Source of the DNA: Botryllus schlosseri
Lineage: Eukaryota
Assembly: GCA_051294905.1 (NCBI GenBank)
Contig: CM119375.1
Span: 13,392,001 to 13,456,000, forward strand
DNA length: 64,000 nucleotides
Direction: 5' to 3'
The notes below the pieces were generated by a model that had not been told where the DNA came from, did no database searches, and worked only from the letters and a program-made list of their open reading frames with translations. Below are positions 13,701-28,700 of this stretch, piece after piece. The translations under genes were made by a program, and so were the position numbers. Each line of letters opens with the position of its first letter. Position 1 is the stretch's first letter.

Positions 13701-16700
13701 ATAATATTTTGATTATCCAGGTCCTTTATTATGGATGTATGCATGGTCCATTGCTTGACATATTGTACATTTTCTCATTCTGTCTGTTATCTACGCTAGG
13801 TCGGCCACAGGTCTTGCATAGTGTTACCCACTCCTGGTGTTATCTGCGACGTTCCCAGCATGTGTTGCATGTGTGAAATTTTGAGATTCCAAAGTGTCAG
13901 ATGCGGAGATTAACACCTTGAGAATAATTTTGCTGAGGTGGTTTTGACAACGTGTGGGATTGTGAACCTTGCGCGACTGGCATAACATATCTGACGCTGG
14001 CGTAACTGCGTGCTGCGTAATATTTTTCAACACCTTTCCTCGCCCATTTACTAGTTAAGATTTCTTTTTTGTTTCAGAAAAACTGTACAATTCCAAGGGA
14101 CGAGAATTGAGAAGAGCATTGTTCTCTTTGAAGCAAATTTTTCAGGTTCCTTGATCTTGTGGTTGCTATCATTAAAGATCTGTAATCGATTAGATTAGCA
14201 TATCCTTCTTGATAAGGTGATACCGCAGACCCGCACCTATTCATAAGTGTAACAGCTAGACTTGGAAACAGGTTTGAAGTGCTTAATGTGTGCAAGGGGA
14301 AGTCGAGCTTGTAATGTAACTAACAATATCGGCCCTAATTTTCATTTTTTTCAAATTTTCAACCTCAAAATGTGTAAGATGGACATAGCTACATTGATCA
14401 CACTGCGTCGATATCCGCATTAACAGTTCTAATCCATGTACGGTAGTAGCTGATCAAAGTACAGCTATCGGCTATTGATAGATACCTTGAATTTCCATTA
14501 CTTTGTATTTGCAAAGAATACTGGCATTATGTCACGTAAACACCAATTAAATTGCTTTGGGTTTATTGCGATGGAATCAACACCCGATTTTGTGTTATTA
14601 CTACCGTGTTTGATGCACTGTCTATTGTTTAAACGCAAAATTCTTTGTGGTTGGAATGTTTGCCTTCACCTTGGGTTTAATCACTAACGTAGCATAACCA
14701 AATACCGTAAACGGGGCTCTTAAGAATCGAGGATTAGCAGCAAGGTAAGTGTGACACCGTTCAAAGTAGAAATGCAAATACCCGGCTTGGTGCGCGTACG
14801 GAATTTCGCGGAATTAGCAAACTGATGCTGCGGTTATAGTTCAAAGTGCTGGTAGTCTACCATTCTAATGTATCTTTATTTTATCAGGACGACAAAGATC
14901 TTGTCCACGAATTTGTGAACGCAAATGGGTTGACTTGTCTAATCAAAGTCGGTGCGGAGGCCGACCAAAATTATCAAAACTATATTTTAAGAGGTAACAA
15001 ACATTGTTTTACTTGTCATTTGTCCTTGTTTCCGTATTGTTCCAAGACGGTAGCAAAATTTTACAAGATACTTGTATCTGTATTGTCATTATCATGTGTC
15101 CTATATTCCTATAATGCATGATTATGTGATTAATTCCAAATCTCCATCATGTGTTGGCAACGGTAAGCGATTATCTGCTTTAATTGTCTGCAAGACTTGA
15201 GATTTACCATCTGGTCAAGGCAGATATCAAAATGTATGATTATAATTATCTCCTTTCAAGTGGCATTGTTGGCAATTATAGCGTTACAGTGACATTAAGC
15301 AAATTGAGGGCAGTGTTATCTATCTTCTCCAATTTTCTGCCTGCCTCTGAAAATGTATTCTGAAACTATTCGTCTTAAGGTCAAATTTATTTAATTGCAG
15401 CTTTGGGACAAATAATGCTCTACGTAGACGGTATGAACGGCGTCATAGAACATAAAGAAACTGTGAGATGGCTGTACACGCTCATTGCATCTCGGGTATG
15501 TTTGCGACAGTTATTGTGTGAATATGTATTTTTTCCATCGTATCATCCAAACGGCATGCGTCCGTGACCGTGAATTTCTACAGCTGATAGGCTTACAAGT
15601 TTTCAGCGAAGGTTTGTTTGTTACGGGTCAAGAGTAATTACACCAGCACGCCTAGAGCTATATACTGCTTCGTTCTGTTCGGAAAATATTAGGCAGTCGG
15701 TTTTGGCATCGTGAAATCACTCCTAAAAATTTAATGTCTCGTTTGTTATTTTAGCTGTGTATTTCTACATTTGACATCAATGCAATATTCGGAGGTGTTC
15801 AGAAATGTAGCGCTTTCATCATTTTCCAAACGCTTAAGTGTATTGAATCATTCGGTATAGCCCAAACACCAAAATTGTTTTGTCATTATGCCTTAAAGCA
15901 CTGTAACGCAGTACTGTTGGTAGTGTTAGCCATTCTGCATCGGCCATTAGGACTCGTCTTGAAATGGCGAAGCTTGAGGCAAAACTGAGTGACATAGTAC
16001 CTCAAACTCCATTTTCAGTGAAGTACACTTGAGTATTCAGCAAATTTCGTGCTATTTTCTAATTTTGGTCTATCGTCGAAGGTATTGTACTGCTTGCAAT
16101 TTCCGTAAAACTTTTTTCATTCCAGTTTCGTCTCGTCGTGAAAACAACTTTAAAACTACTTCTCGTCTTCGTGGAGTATGTGGAAACGAACGCTCTTTCC
16201 TTTTTGGACGCTGTGCGAACAGTGGATTCACAAAGAAGTAAGTGCTAACGACTCAATTCTTCAGTGAAGCTGTACATGGTATATTCAATTGTAAATGCTA
16301 GTATACTATTTTCCTAGCTTGGGAGAAGGTCAAATCTCTAATGTAATGTAGTTACCACAAAACGGTGACAAAGAATGCAAAAATAATGTTCTCAAACTAA
16401 ATGTGAACCCCGAATGCCCAGGCCTCACGCCGCTAGTTACAATACAGTACTGTGTTAGGCAAAATGCTACTTTTTGGGGGATCTATCGACTAATATTGTT
16501 ATCTAATGAGAACTCGTTTACTTATGGTCAATATGGTATGCTATTGGGTGTTAATTACTAGATGTGATGTTGATTTGCCTACTGCTTATTTATCGCCATC
16601 GTAATGACAGGTGCTCTATTTACACATTGCACTTGTTAATTCTTGCATAAAGGTTCGCATTATCGCACTTGAATAACATATTTACATACTAGAGAGTAAA

Positions 16701-19700
16701 ACGTATAGTCGATTATGCATGCTCCACTTCAAACTTGATTATACCATACAGATATCCCCCCCCCGTAATAGCCTTGGTCCATTTATTCCATTGTTTGAAG
16801 ATGCTTCATCTGTAATCATATGGCTGTTTTGGCGTTGAAATAGACTTTCGGTGTTTCACGCTGGATGAACGACAATGCCTTTCACGGGCGCTCACAGCAA
16901 ATATTTCATCCCTCGGAATGTTGATATAATCTTCGTGAGATTAGGAATGACATTGAACATGAAGCCGGTTTTTGTACCGGTGCTCAACTTGGATGTACCT
17001 GTCAGAAATCGGCGTTGTTTAGTGGCAGCTTTGATGTGACGATCATTGCTCGGCTGAATAAACCGTCGGCCGGTCTTGTCGAGTTGTTTTGTGATGACTT
17101 GTAAACAGTGGGATGCACGTTTTGTACATGAGCACATCCTAAAGCGGTCAATAAACGCTTCCTACTTTATATTGATGTACGAGTGTTTCCTTTCGCGTGG
17201 GTAGATGCTAATTATTGCGAGGAAAAACACGCCAACACGCTTTGTTTCAAGTTTGTACTATGCTCTTTAATAACGCGAGGTGTGAATATAGTGCATAGGG
17301 ATACTTGGATATCAAAGGTTATCACGTAAAATGTAATATTACGCCGTTTTGTTTGCTATTGTGATAAATGCACATCGCGCAGATTAACTGTGGCAAATCA
17401 TGAGTAATGATTCACATTTTGTGTCCGTTCTTATGCCGTTAGCGCACTCTATGACATTATGCTATCCCAGCGACGTAATGATGGCCTGTATTACCTCATC
17501 TAGTTTCTGTATTGCGTGATTTCGTTATCTTGATTGAGGGATTGCTAAGAGCTTGGGCATGATACACTCTGACCCGTAGTAGACACCATTTATAATTTTG
17601 ATGCGGAAATTTGACTATCACAGGATTTTCTAATCGATGATTACACGCCCTGTGCGACTTCTAATATGATTGTATTCATGAGTAAGTTGTTGAGAAAATT
17701 TCAATCCAACCGTAATTACTGGGTGGTTGTGTGTTGGGTGGTTCATTGACGCATAATATGCTGGGAAATTATATTCCCCTTGTGACCGGTAATTGCAGGC
17801 ATCACTTTTAAATGGAATGCCATTATTGGATATTTTGTTTAAATATGTTATCAAATTTTTGTGGACCTTCTAATTAACCCGTAATTACCATCATGAGCAT
17901 TGATTTCTTACGCATTTAGCCTGAAAAGTGCTACCGTTGTGCGCAATGGTGTGAATGATTCTTATACTACAGAGGGTTGCAAACTAGTGGCATTTGCAAC
18001 CTCTCTGTGGCGCTACTGGCCTGTTATGAAAATAATTTTATCAGCTATTCCAAGTGACACTGATGAATTGACTTATCAGAACCGTAGGAGTTCATTTCTT
18101 GGTGAAAATGTTGGAGATTTGTGTGTTCAGAACTGCAATACTGCCAATACATACCTGTTGAACTGTAAGTGCTAGTTCCTTACTCGGCTGGAGTTAGATT
18201 GTAAATTAATGACGTTTATACTTGTGCCTACATACTACATTGTACTTGTACCTATATATTTTTCAAATAGCTGGCCACCAGATCTTAAAATTTGTTACCT
18301 ATTGATATGAGCAGAAGAGCAACTTTAACGCCGGGGCATTTATTAACTGGCTATATAACCACTTCAGGACAAAAGCCGTGGACAAATGTCATGAAGGTTT
18401 TGGACGAGAAGGACGGCATCGACAGCGAGCTTCTCGTGTACGCCATGACCTTGTTGAATAAGACGTTGAGCAATATTCCGGACCAGGACACGTTTTATGA
18501 CATCACAGACGCGTTGGAAGCGCTGGGCATGGAAGTGATATCTCAGGTGAGTTTTTCGAGTTCCGTCATATAGCCGAAATCAGGATTACCGTATTTCTGA
18601 AATGAGATAACGTTGCAAATACAACATATGTAGTATGAAGTAACCGCAAAAGATCTGCTATGATTGACTAAAACACTTAAACTCTACGAGTAAGCCTATG
18701 TTCTGTGGCATTTCGAATCCAGGAACCCCCACATGAGCACCCCACAATGCTCCATCAACTGTCGTGAATGAGAAAAAGCTCTCTGGCGGAACAACTTGGC
18801 TGCGTTTTCCACTAATCACTTGTTGTCCTAGGTATTTGTTGATTGATTTTTGGTAATCAATTTAGTGGCTGTTGGTCAGCTATGATTATTCGAAATTGCA
18901 TTCCTGTACGGTAGCGTCATATTTGGTGATACGATTGTTGATATACAATGTTCTTTCACTTTCTCTAACAGTTGCTGACGATTACCCCTAACGAGTGTCA
19001 GCCCAAAAATATTCGGGTTTATTTCGATATGAATATACTGTTCAATCGTATATTGAAGTGGTTGCAACTTGTAGCGAAGTAGCTTGACTCGGGTGTACGA
19101 TTAAAGAATAGTTTTAGTGCACTGGTTCTTATCCTTTTTTAGCGCGGATCCCTATTTATTTTGGGGGTGGGGGCGGGTGTGTTGACCCCCTATGTCACGG
19201 CCTGATAACCAGTTGAGACGCAGTTAGTGTTTGTATCATCCGTGGGGCACTGCAAATTAGCACACGAGTCAAAAATAAAGAAGGTCAATGTGGTTTCAAC
19301 ATTGGCCTTTCATGGACTAGTCCGCGTACGGTACCCCAAGTTATGTACCCCTGTTTTGGAGGAACACAACAATCTCATTTGGTTTTATATGATTGATAGG
19401 AAACTTATGCTAGCCTCGCATTTTGTTGCAAGTTCGATGCATTCAGCAACTTGAGCTGTGGTTATGATGCAGCTGGCCGGACCTGCCGTTTAGGAGAATG
19501 TCAATACCATGATGAGAACCTGAGTGCCGCAGCGTAATTTAGAGGCTGGGATAAAACATAAGCCAATTCAGGTTTCGTTGTCCCCTTAACTGTTGGAAAG
19601 TACTTGACTGGGAGAATTAGCCTCGTTGAAGAAAAAATTTTCTATTGCCGTTGGCTTGATTTTCGGTAGGCATAGACGACGTAGTAATTTAATACCGTAA

Positions 19701-22700
19701 ATTCTTTATGTTGCTACTCGACTAGAATTGTTTCGATCAATGCACTACTTCCTGCATATTCTCGGACTCTGAACGCTTTCCAAACCCAATTTGCGGCATA
19801 TTATCACAGAGACCCAGGCGCTGTACTGCAATGGTGTTATAAACAGATTTGTACCTTGGGCGAGATGTGTGTTCAACGCCATTAACATCTCTTTTCTTGC
19901 AGAGACATTTGAGCAAACAGGGAACGGAATTGGATTTGGTGGAACAATTCAGAATATATGAAGTGAGTTTTCGGTTTCCATATGCGCCAAGTTCATTATT
20001 TGGCTTTTTTACACGTCCATCACTAGATTAGAGACAAATTGTTGAATTTGTCTCTTCTCTTGTCCCACTTGAGCTTATCTCACACGTGGCATACTATAAG
20101 CTGAATTATGAACCCATTTTGTGTGCTGCAGGTTGCGCACTCCTAATTCGGATTATATTGAAAATCAGTTCCTTGTCGAACCGTGTGAAATATTGAATGG
20201 ATAGTTCTTTGTTGAAAATGATACCGCGACATTTGTGACATTGGTTCGATGTTCTGTTTCCGTCACGCTTGTAGTCCATAGCAGTGTTGGGATCAAGTCA
20301 TGTAGAGTCATTCCACATTTTGACTCGGCTCAAGTCAAGTCGCTAGTCAAGTCAAGTTGAATATTCAAAGTACAAGGCATAATTCATATTCATAGCATCA
20401 TTTTGCTAGCTGTTCGAAATACAGATATGGCCCCGATTTATTATGAATCGTGTCGAATAAAAAGTTGAATATACACGCAAAAAGGCGTTGTTTCGCTCAT
20501 GCGGAACTGCTAAACTACGCAAGTGACCGTATAGTCTGTAATTATTGACCAAAATACAATGCATTACCCATTTATCGTTAACAATCAGGACTTATACAAG
20601 ATACAACGATTTAGCTAACACTGATCGCTTGATGACTTGAAGTTGACTCGTAAATTTTGCTTCGAGTCAAGAGTCGATCCGCATTTCTGAAGTGTCGAGT
20701 CAAGTCATTTTTGCAATTTGACTCAAGTCAAGCCATAATACGAAAAAGTCGACTCGAGTCATCCCAACACTGGGACATAGGTTATAATCTCTCAAGTGAA
20801 CTGCACCAAATTTACACGTCACCATCGACGCAATGCAGATAAAAAACTAAAATCGTTAATGGTTTTGAGAGTATAGCGTTTTCCGTACATAGGCTATAAC
20901 CTAGAAACCTACGTTTGTCGGTAATAGTACCTTTAATAGCCACTTTTAGCTCGATGCAAAACATTTAACATTGGTTGTGGTCGTGGAATCTGGAGTAGTC
21001 AAATTCACAACTGTTCTCTAAATTCCAGATCATGAAAAATTCTTCACCTTCATTGCAGATGTACTTTTAGTATCATATGCTTGCCATTTTAATGCCCGGT
21101 TGATCAATTTCAATGCTACGGCTGATGATTACAGTGTCTTCGGCAGTATTATTTTACGAGGTCAAGGCCTTGCTTTGTTTGGCTAGCTCTATTGAAATAA
21201 TATTTGATTTATCGGTGTTGAAACAGGGGCAGTAAAATCGCCTAATGGTTACTGACCGGCGGGCTGGCTCTCTTTCCGTTATCGTTTAGACCTTACTTCG
21301 CAGCGTAGTCCATCACAATTTGTTGTCGTAAACAAAATACCCTCGAGCAAAACTTAACGCTTCCGAGACCTTTTTAACGCGTCTATTTGTTTGCGGATCC
21401 GTTATAAGCTCTTAATTTTTTTATTGAGCCAATATAAACTGTGGGCTGTTGTAGTTGTTGACGCGGCTGACATTGAGAGATATATCGCTCTTGTGTGCAA
21501 AGGATATCGATTTTTAAGTCTTTTACGAGGCGAAATTACACACAACGCTTTCGTTTTGTCTCTCTGCAAATAGCTGTGATAGGATAGACTACAGCCGTGA
21601 CATGCATGGTATGTATTCTTTATAACAAGCTATGATTATTGAAAAAATCTTGAATATCTGAAATTGGAAAATCGTATTTGATTTCACTTGAGTTTGTGCA
21701 TCTCACCTACGTAAATCTTATTGGCTGGACCTAAACAAAGGCTGGCTGTTGCATCAAAACACTATGTTGTGGATTAAAATTTGACGCAATGCCCGTAAGG
21801 CCCAAGGTGGTTCGTGATACTGATCTTTATATTTGAAGGAAAGATTATGCCGACTGTGAACAGTAAAATCAATGTTTTTCTAACCAGGATCAAAAGAACA
21901 CTTTTATTTTGGGCTCAAGTATTCGTGCCCAGACATGACTACTTAACATGTGCGTAGCCTACCGAGAATGAAGCTCACCAACAATAAGCCTGTTGCAACA
22001 CTCATTTGATTCTCCATAGGCTTGTTTGTTACAGTCTTGACTGGAAAATTCACAATTAGTGTTGCATCAAATAATCCAACTGTGTTCTGCATGCCATAAA
22101 CAGAAGGATTGTATTTGCGTTGTGTATTTGCGTTGTACGGTAACATCTTATACGATTTTAACAGTTGGCGCTTAAACATGAAGACGGAGATGAAGATGTT
22201 TCCGGCTCATCAACTCCAGGTCTCGCTATCAAGTACGTATGAGAAAACTCCTCTATTTAAAAACGTATCTGTGCTGGTCTTTATGTTATCGTTTGAGAAC
22301 ATTGATTGCATGTTTTCATTGAACTGATGTGGCTTGGTTTCATTTCCAGATGCCGCACAGTAAATCAACTTGGCGCATTTCACTTTTTGCCCTTGAAGGA
22401 CCTGAGGTCATTTCTCGGTGGCGACTCTCTTTTGACATGCTTTCACATAATTGTTTTCTAATTTGAATATTTTGCAATAAACTGCGGCCGTTCATCTGAC
22501 CTGGTCATCTGGCCTATCTTGATACTGCCTCATTATTCAGCAAAATTAGACGCTTCCTGTGCTGTCGATGGCGTCTGAGGAAATGTGCGATGAGTCTTTC
22601 TGTGCCATGTGACCAATTTAATGAGCGTCGCTGGAATTGGTCATGTGGATTTTTAAATCGATCATGCTGAATTGACTAATTTGTCATTCATCCAACTGCT

Positions 22701-25700
22701 TTGTGTGTTTGGAGTTGGAGCACTCTGCTGACTGAATTGTATTCAAATTGCTATGTCTACATCTTGTATTCTTTTGTAAAATCCACGCTCGTGTAATAAA
22801 TTTTGTGATGTTGCTGATCAGCAGTGCATCCACTAACTGGTAATTTATCTAACCATGATAATTTGCGCAGTAATTCTGTCATTTGATCAGCGTCTATTGA
22901 TGCATTCAAATTGAATAGTTTTCATCTTTTATGCAATATTCATAGATCCACATATGAGACGGATTTTCTAACTGATTTTTTTGGGTATGGCAGCCTATTA
23001 TTATCACTTCTTTCAAAGCCTGAAAACTTGTTTTCTTATTGATTTTATTGGTGCTTGATATATTTTTGTGCTGCCTCCTGTTTCCATATGTCGTTTTGTT
23101 CTTAGTGAGAAATACTGCTCTTGTATTCGTCAAAAACTTGAAGGCTGTTGTGACGCTGTTGTGGTTTTTCTGTCTTCTGCAACTCGACTATCTACAACCA
23201 TTGCTAATGTAAATGTTAAGCATCAGTAGACAATAATATTTATATCAGGCTCCTGATGGCACATTCTTCGAGGAAAAATGTTTTTCTCTAATGAATCATT
23301 TTCCAAACATTATACTCCCGACATTCCATTATTGATACCTCACTCTGTGCTTGAGGAGTATACTTTCATGTTTTCTTATACGGTAAACGGGCATGTCTTC
23401 CATGCACAAAGATAACAAATTGAAGATTGCTTTTACGTGGGGTCATAAAGTAGTTTACCTCATAATATCTTCAGCTGGCCTTATGGGTGAAATTTTTTGA
23501 TGCTTCAATGCCTTCGCAGCAGCATTGGATTGTTCCTGAAAAACGTTAGGAACAAATCTTACCTTACGACTTTAAAATTTGGGGTAGAGTCTGTTGATGC
23601 CATATGCATATCCATTTGTCATAACAGTGGTTTTCAACCGTTTTGACCTTTGAACGGGAAAAATAGTTGATGGTACCCTAGCTCTTCCAGGACACAGAGT
23701 GCAAGATTGGGAAGCTGATGACTAAACACCCAGCCTACACAATCATCACTGTTCCGCCCCACATTCCGATGGTGTTGATAAAGAAACAGGTCGTCACTTT
23801 CGGCCAAGCCTTAAAGGGGCACCGCACTGTGGTAATACATTTTAACAGCGGCCATTGTGCTCAGAAAACCACCATCGTATTCGAACTGCAGCTAAATGAC
23901 TTTCACAATTGGTCCTATTGCATTTCATCAATCTTGGCGGTATCGAGGTCACTGTTGCATGTTTGCCACACGAGCAAGCATGAAATTTTAGATATAGTTT
24001 TCAGTCGATATTATGAAGGAACTATGTCTTAATTGTCTTATGAACCACGACAGTTTAGTTACAGTACGCGGTAGCAATTATCTCGATACCGCAGAGATAG
24101 TTGATAGAGTGCAATAAGACCACTCGTGATAATATAATAGCTGCAGTTTGAATATGATGGCTTTAAGTCACGAGATTCCGAAGTGCTACTCAGAATTAGG
24201 TTGTCCTTAATTTTTGTTATTTGTCGACGGCAACCCTTTGCCTCATTTTCTCGCGGCTGACCTGTCCAGTCGGCACCTCGGTCAAGAAATGCTGCGTTAT
24301 AACTAGGTTATATTCAGTCAAGTATTAAATTATATCGGCCTCATTAAATTTGACATGTTCTTATATACCATATTTAAGTTGATTACGTAGTAATAATAGA
24401 TTCATTTTTGCATAACATGTCACATGAATTCAATGAAGGCTATTTGTACACCCCATCCCGTTTGTAGTTGTTTTCATAATGGAACTAAAATAATGTTTTG
24501 AAGAGATTGTAGTTGAGTCTACTCTAAATTTACAACAATAGTTAACGTTACCGAACGCGTTATCAACGAACGTTTGCATATTCGCCGACTCGGATAGTTT
24601 GAGGAGATAAACGTAACACCCTAAAAACACTCTTTAACCTTCGTGTTCAAATCGAGCTTGAAGATTTGATTGATGTTGATCGCGAAAGCTTGGAACTGGA
24701 ACTCCTGTTTTAAGACCGATGTTTGTGTTTACGGCTTGACTTGTGAATTCGTCATCATCATCGTTGAGGGTTTTTTTGATTCCATATACTACAAGAGTTT
24801 CGGCTTTCGATACAGTCAAATAAAGGAAGTCTGAGTCAAAACTACTAGGTCAGTGGTTCCCAACCTTTTTCATCTCGTGCCCCCCTTGGCAGATATTTGA
24901 GCTAAAATTCCCCCCTATGAAAAAGTTGTCTGTGACTAAAAAAATGTGCTTTTTAACGCGCAACTATTTGTTGACTGAGCAATTATTGGCCAAACATTTT
25001 CAGATATGCCCAAACTATGTCGAATGCCACCGCACCAAACTTTGGTAAAGTACAGTTAAATTTGACCGGTCGGGTAGCCGCCGACGAAAAAGAAATCGCC
25101 AAGTCCGCTTGCTATGAACTTGAGTTGAATCGATGAATTTGGTATGTTTTACACGTTAGCTAATATGTTGGCTTAAAAAGTTGAACAATTTCACCACGGC
25201 CTTCTTGCTGAATTCGGCTTGACGTTTTCCTGCTTAGTAGCAATTTGGTCGAGAGGCTGTCGTGGGCCCAACGAAATCGTCTCGTGAGCCTCACTTTATC
25301 AGGGGGTGTAATATCTACGGAAGGCATCTAAACATACATCTAGCTTCAAATCCGCCACAGAAACATACAATTCTTAAGCACTAATTTCTACTTAACAGTT
25401 CTATACCATAAAAATCTAAAAACCTTGAGAACCCAGTGTATATTCCGATACAATGCCAGATTCCCCTAAAAAATTGAAGCCAGATTCCCCCCTAAAAACC
25501 GCGAAACACTGTACTAGGTGAAGTCGATCGATCAAATTCCAACCTTGGCCTTACTTTCTTTTCACTATGTCTAAATGCTTGTACTAACTTTCCAAAATAC
25601 TGAATAACGATGAAGGAAAAGTTGTAAGTTGCCTATATATATAAGTAACAAACAAAGAGACTGTTTGAGACATGTTTGTTATATCATGGCGTACTGGCAA

Positions 25701-28700
25701 ATTTGGTGTGTCGAAATCAGAGGTTGCCAAAGTAGTTAGCATTGCTGTTCGAGTAGAAGTAGAAGTAACACTGTTTTAGTAGGACGTTTAGTATTTCTGT
25801 CCTTGGTGTTTTTGCGGCATATACACCAAGTCATGATATGCATTCACATGATATGTGCATATGCATACCATGAGTGCATATGTCATTGTATAAGGAAGAT
25901 GCAAAAGTAGCCTTGTAAGGCTTTCAAGTCTTGTACCACCCTTCCATGCTATCCCGGAATGCTGAGAGCCAAGCGGCGAAGCCACTTATACTAGTTTTGC
26001 TGATCAGGTCTTTGGTCTAACCCGGCCAGGGATTAAACCTACGTCCTACCGATTAAGAAGCCGGACGCTCCATCTTGTCCGTTGTGTCGCATGTTCAAAT
26101 GTCGGTCCACTGTTTGTTTTTTTCTAAACGAATTTATCGTGACATGTTTTTTTCAGATGGAACCGGGAGCGAAAGAAATCCGAGCTGGCCGTGGACCGGA
26201 AAAGCGTCCGCCGCCACTCGGCCAACCTGTCCCAGCTCACCGAACAGCCGGCCCTGGAGAACGCAGAGGCAGTGAAAACGTCGGAAACTAGCCGAAGCAC
26301 GCCCTCGACGCCGGCCCGGCAAGCCAAGTCCGACCCGCCGGTACAAGAGGTGACGCAGGTCAACCGAAGGAGCCGCGCCCGCAACTTGCAGCAGCAACAC
26401 TTGGACATGCAACGGGGCAGGGCGTCTGTCAGCGAGTTGGTGGCGAGTAAAAACGAAGACGCAAAGAAGGAAACGCCAAAGACGGACCCGACCACTAGTC
26501 CGAAACCGTGGCTCATGAGAAAGTGAGTGACCAGGCTGCATTTCGTTTTATACTTTAAAAACTCGCTTGACCGAGACTAGCTTTTTAATCGGTCGGCACT
26601 AGGGCTTGCCTCAAGTCGAATATTCGGGTATCATAACAAGGACTAGAGGCCTCGTGTAAATAGCTATAGTGGTCCAAACGGTTACCAGTAAGGGGCGTAT
26701 AGTATCAATACTCGGGAAATATCGTCTGTCACTATTTAGACTGGAATCATTGTGCCCAGGCTTGGTAGGCACTGGTGTATTCCCTCAAAATTTTCCAATT
26801 GTGCATTATTCTGTTGATTGACAATTTTTTCATTTTATAATGTCACATGATTGTATTATAATTGCAAGTTCGGAATGAAAAATACTTTGTGAGCATTATT
26901 CGATCAATTATTTTATTTGCATGAATGTAAAACTTCCAACTTTATTCCTATATATAAAGCGCTGAATTGGAAGCTTGAATCTATCAAATACACAAGGAGG
27001 TACAAAGTGATTATTTTAATTGAGGTCTATATGGAGAAGTCATTTTTTCGAAATCCTATATCACACCTACAAATAACAGCGTTACCCTCAGGGCAATGCG
27101 TATTGACATCTGTCTGGCAAAGTGTAGCGTAAGCCATAATTATCCTGGCAATGTTATGTTGATACTCCGAAATACTATGAACTTGCTGGGGCCGTTTGAC
27201 ACACCTCGCGCTTATCTCTACGAAATCTAAGTGGCTTGTGTCGCAGCTTGTTTCGAGGATAAGCGAACCAAAACCTAGCATTTTTCACGCCGATTTTTAT
27301 CGGTAATCCGATGGATTTGCGGGTATTGCCGAGTTTTCGATATCGACTATCTGACCTTGTCATTATCCCGCTCTTTTAAGATCACAATCGGAAGAGAAAA
27401 GCAAAATTCTCAACACTGTGAGGTACGGAAACGCCGTCGCGGCAAATACAGAAGACCACGAACAGAAAAGACGCCAAAGGGATCAGACTCGCGATAAAAG
27501 GTGTCGGGGATTGGTAGCGTTTTGAAAATTTTAAGTCTGGTAAAGCGATTAATGTTTAGCTCTGGTGATGAAGTTAGTCACCGACACTATTTAGAGTGAA
27601 ATTTCAAAAGAAGAATACGCCGTAACAGAGTGATAAAAATTTTGATTGGTATGATGTGTCCCAAATGTTTTCCTTCCCACTGCCGGTGATAGCTTTCTAC
27701 CGCATTTCCGGGACCACTACGGGCACCGTTCGACTTTTCCCGGGTAGAGGTTGCTACGGCAGGAATCCATGCTGTAGTCTCAATTTGAAGTGTTATGCAA
27801 GAATGTGGCAACTGGCAAGAGAGATATTTTATTATGTTGCTTGACCCGCGACAAAGTACTTTAGAACCACCGGTCTTAGGAATATGTCAGCTCAACCAAA
27901 ACGTATTGCATTATTCTCGCTATGATTTAAAAGATTTTGATGAAATCATCTCTGCTAAGAAATGTTGTTTCTCTTGAGGCCACGTCGAATTCCCAATGCG
28001 TATTTCTAAATCACGATCGCCTACTAGTAACCAGATTTACTTACTTGTATTTTTATTTGCAGGCGGAATGAACTGTTCAACACGTCGAACGGACTCTCAA
28101 ATAGCAATGGTATGTTGTTTCCTTTGAATTTCTTCACCTCCTGGTAATAGGCAATGTAATTGGCACAAATTGTGTTTCACTATGAATTGAGCCTCTCCCT
28201 ATCATTCACAATCATTTGACAAGTTTGAGATTTCAGTGTGTTCCTCTAATACTGAGATTGTTGTAGTACAAAACGCACCCAAGTCAAGGTCTCGGGGTTA
28301 TTTTAGCTGTCTAATTACACCGAAAACTAACGATGGAAAATCAGTGTCGTAATATTTTTCCAGTAAATAGGGTGCAATCACTCGTGTTATGGGAGTTTTT
28401 ACTAATAACACGCCAAGTAACGTAATTTTGCTTGGGAAACAGTAGCCTGACTTGTAGGTTTGTTCGAAAGTTCTGTGAAAATCGAAAGTTTTATAAATTT
28501 TATGTCTGTATCTGAATCGGATTGGAAATATTTGTGATCTAAAGAGATTCTTGGCTGTATAGAACTTCAATATACTTTTCAATTCATGAATCCGTTCCAA
28601 ACCGGACCAAAATCTTCGAATTCGTTTTCTTTAAATCCAAACGCATGCTGTAATCCAACGTCAATACCGAACGCATTTGTATTTCGTATGTATACCAGGG

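Noticed and set aside
14693-14750. Strong donor AAG|GTAAGT at 14745 in a FHOD intron
   Set aside because: No acceptor gives an open, frame-preserving exon, and there is no upstream in-frame ATG. It could be a non-coding alternative exon but nothing else supports that.
22350-22406. In-frame 57-nt pseudo-exon after FHOD exon 10
   Set aside because: Good acceptor but weak donor (GTCATT), and the peptide is unlike the charged linker. No independent support.
24634-24819. Minus-strand [21 protein letters not shown] as a LINE ORF1 remnant or nested gene
   Set aside because: The resemblance is too short, and no adjoining retroelement frames or splice structure were found.
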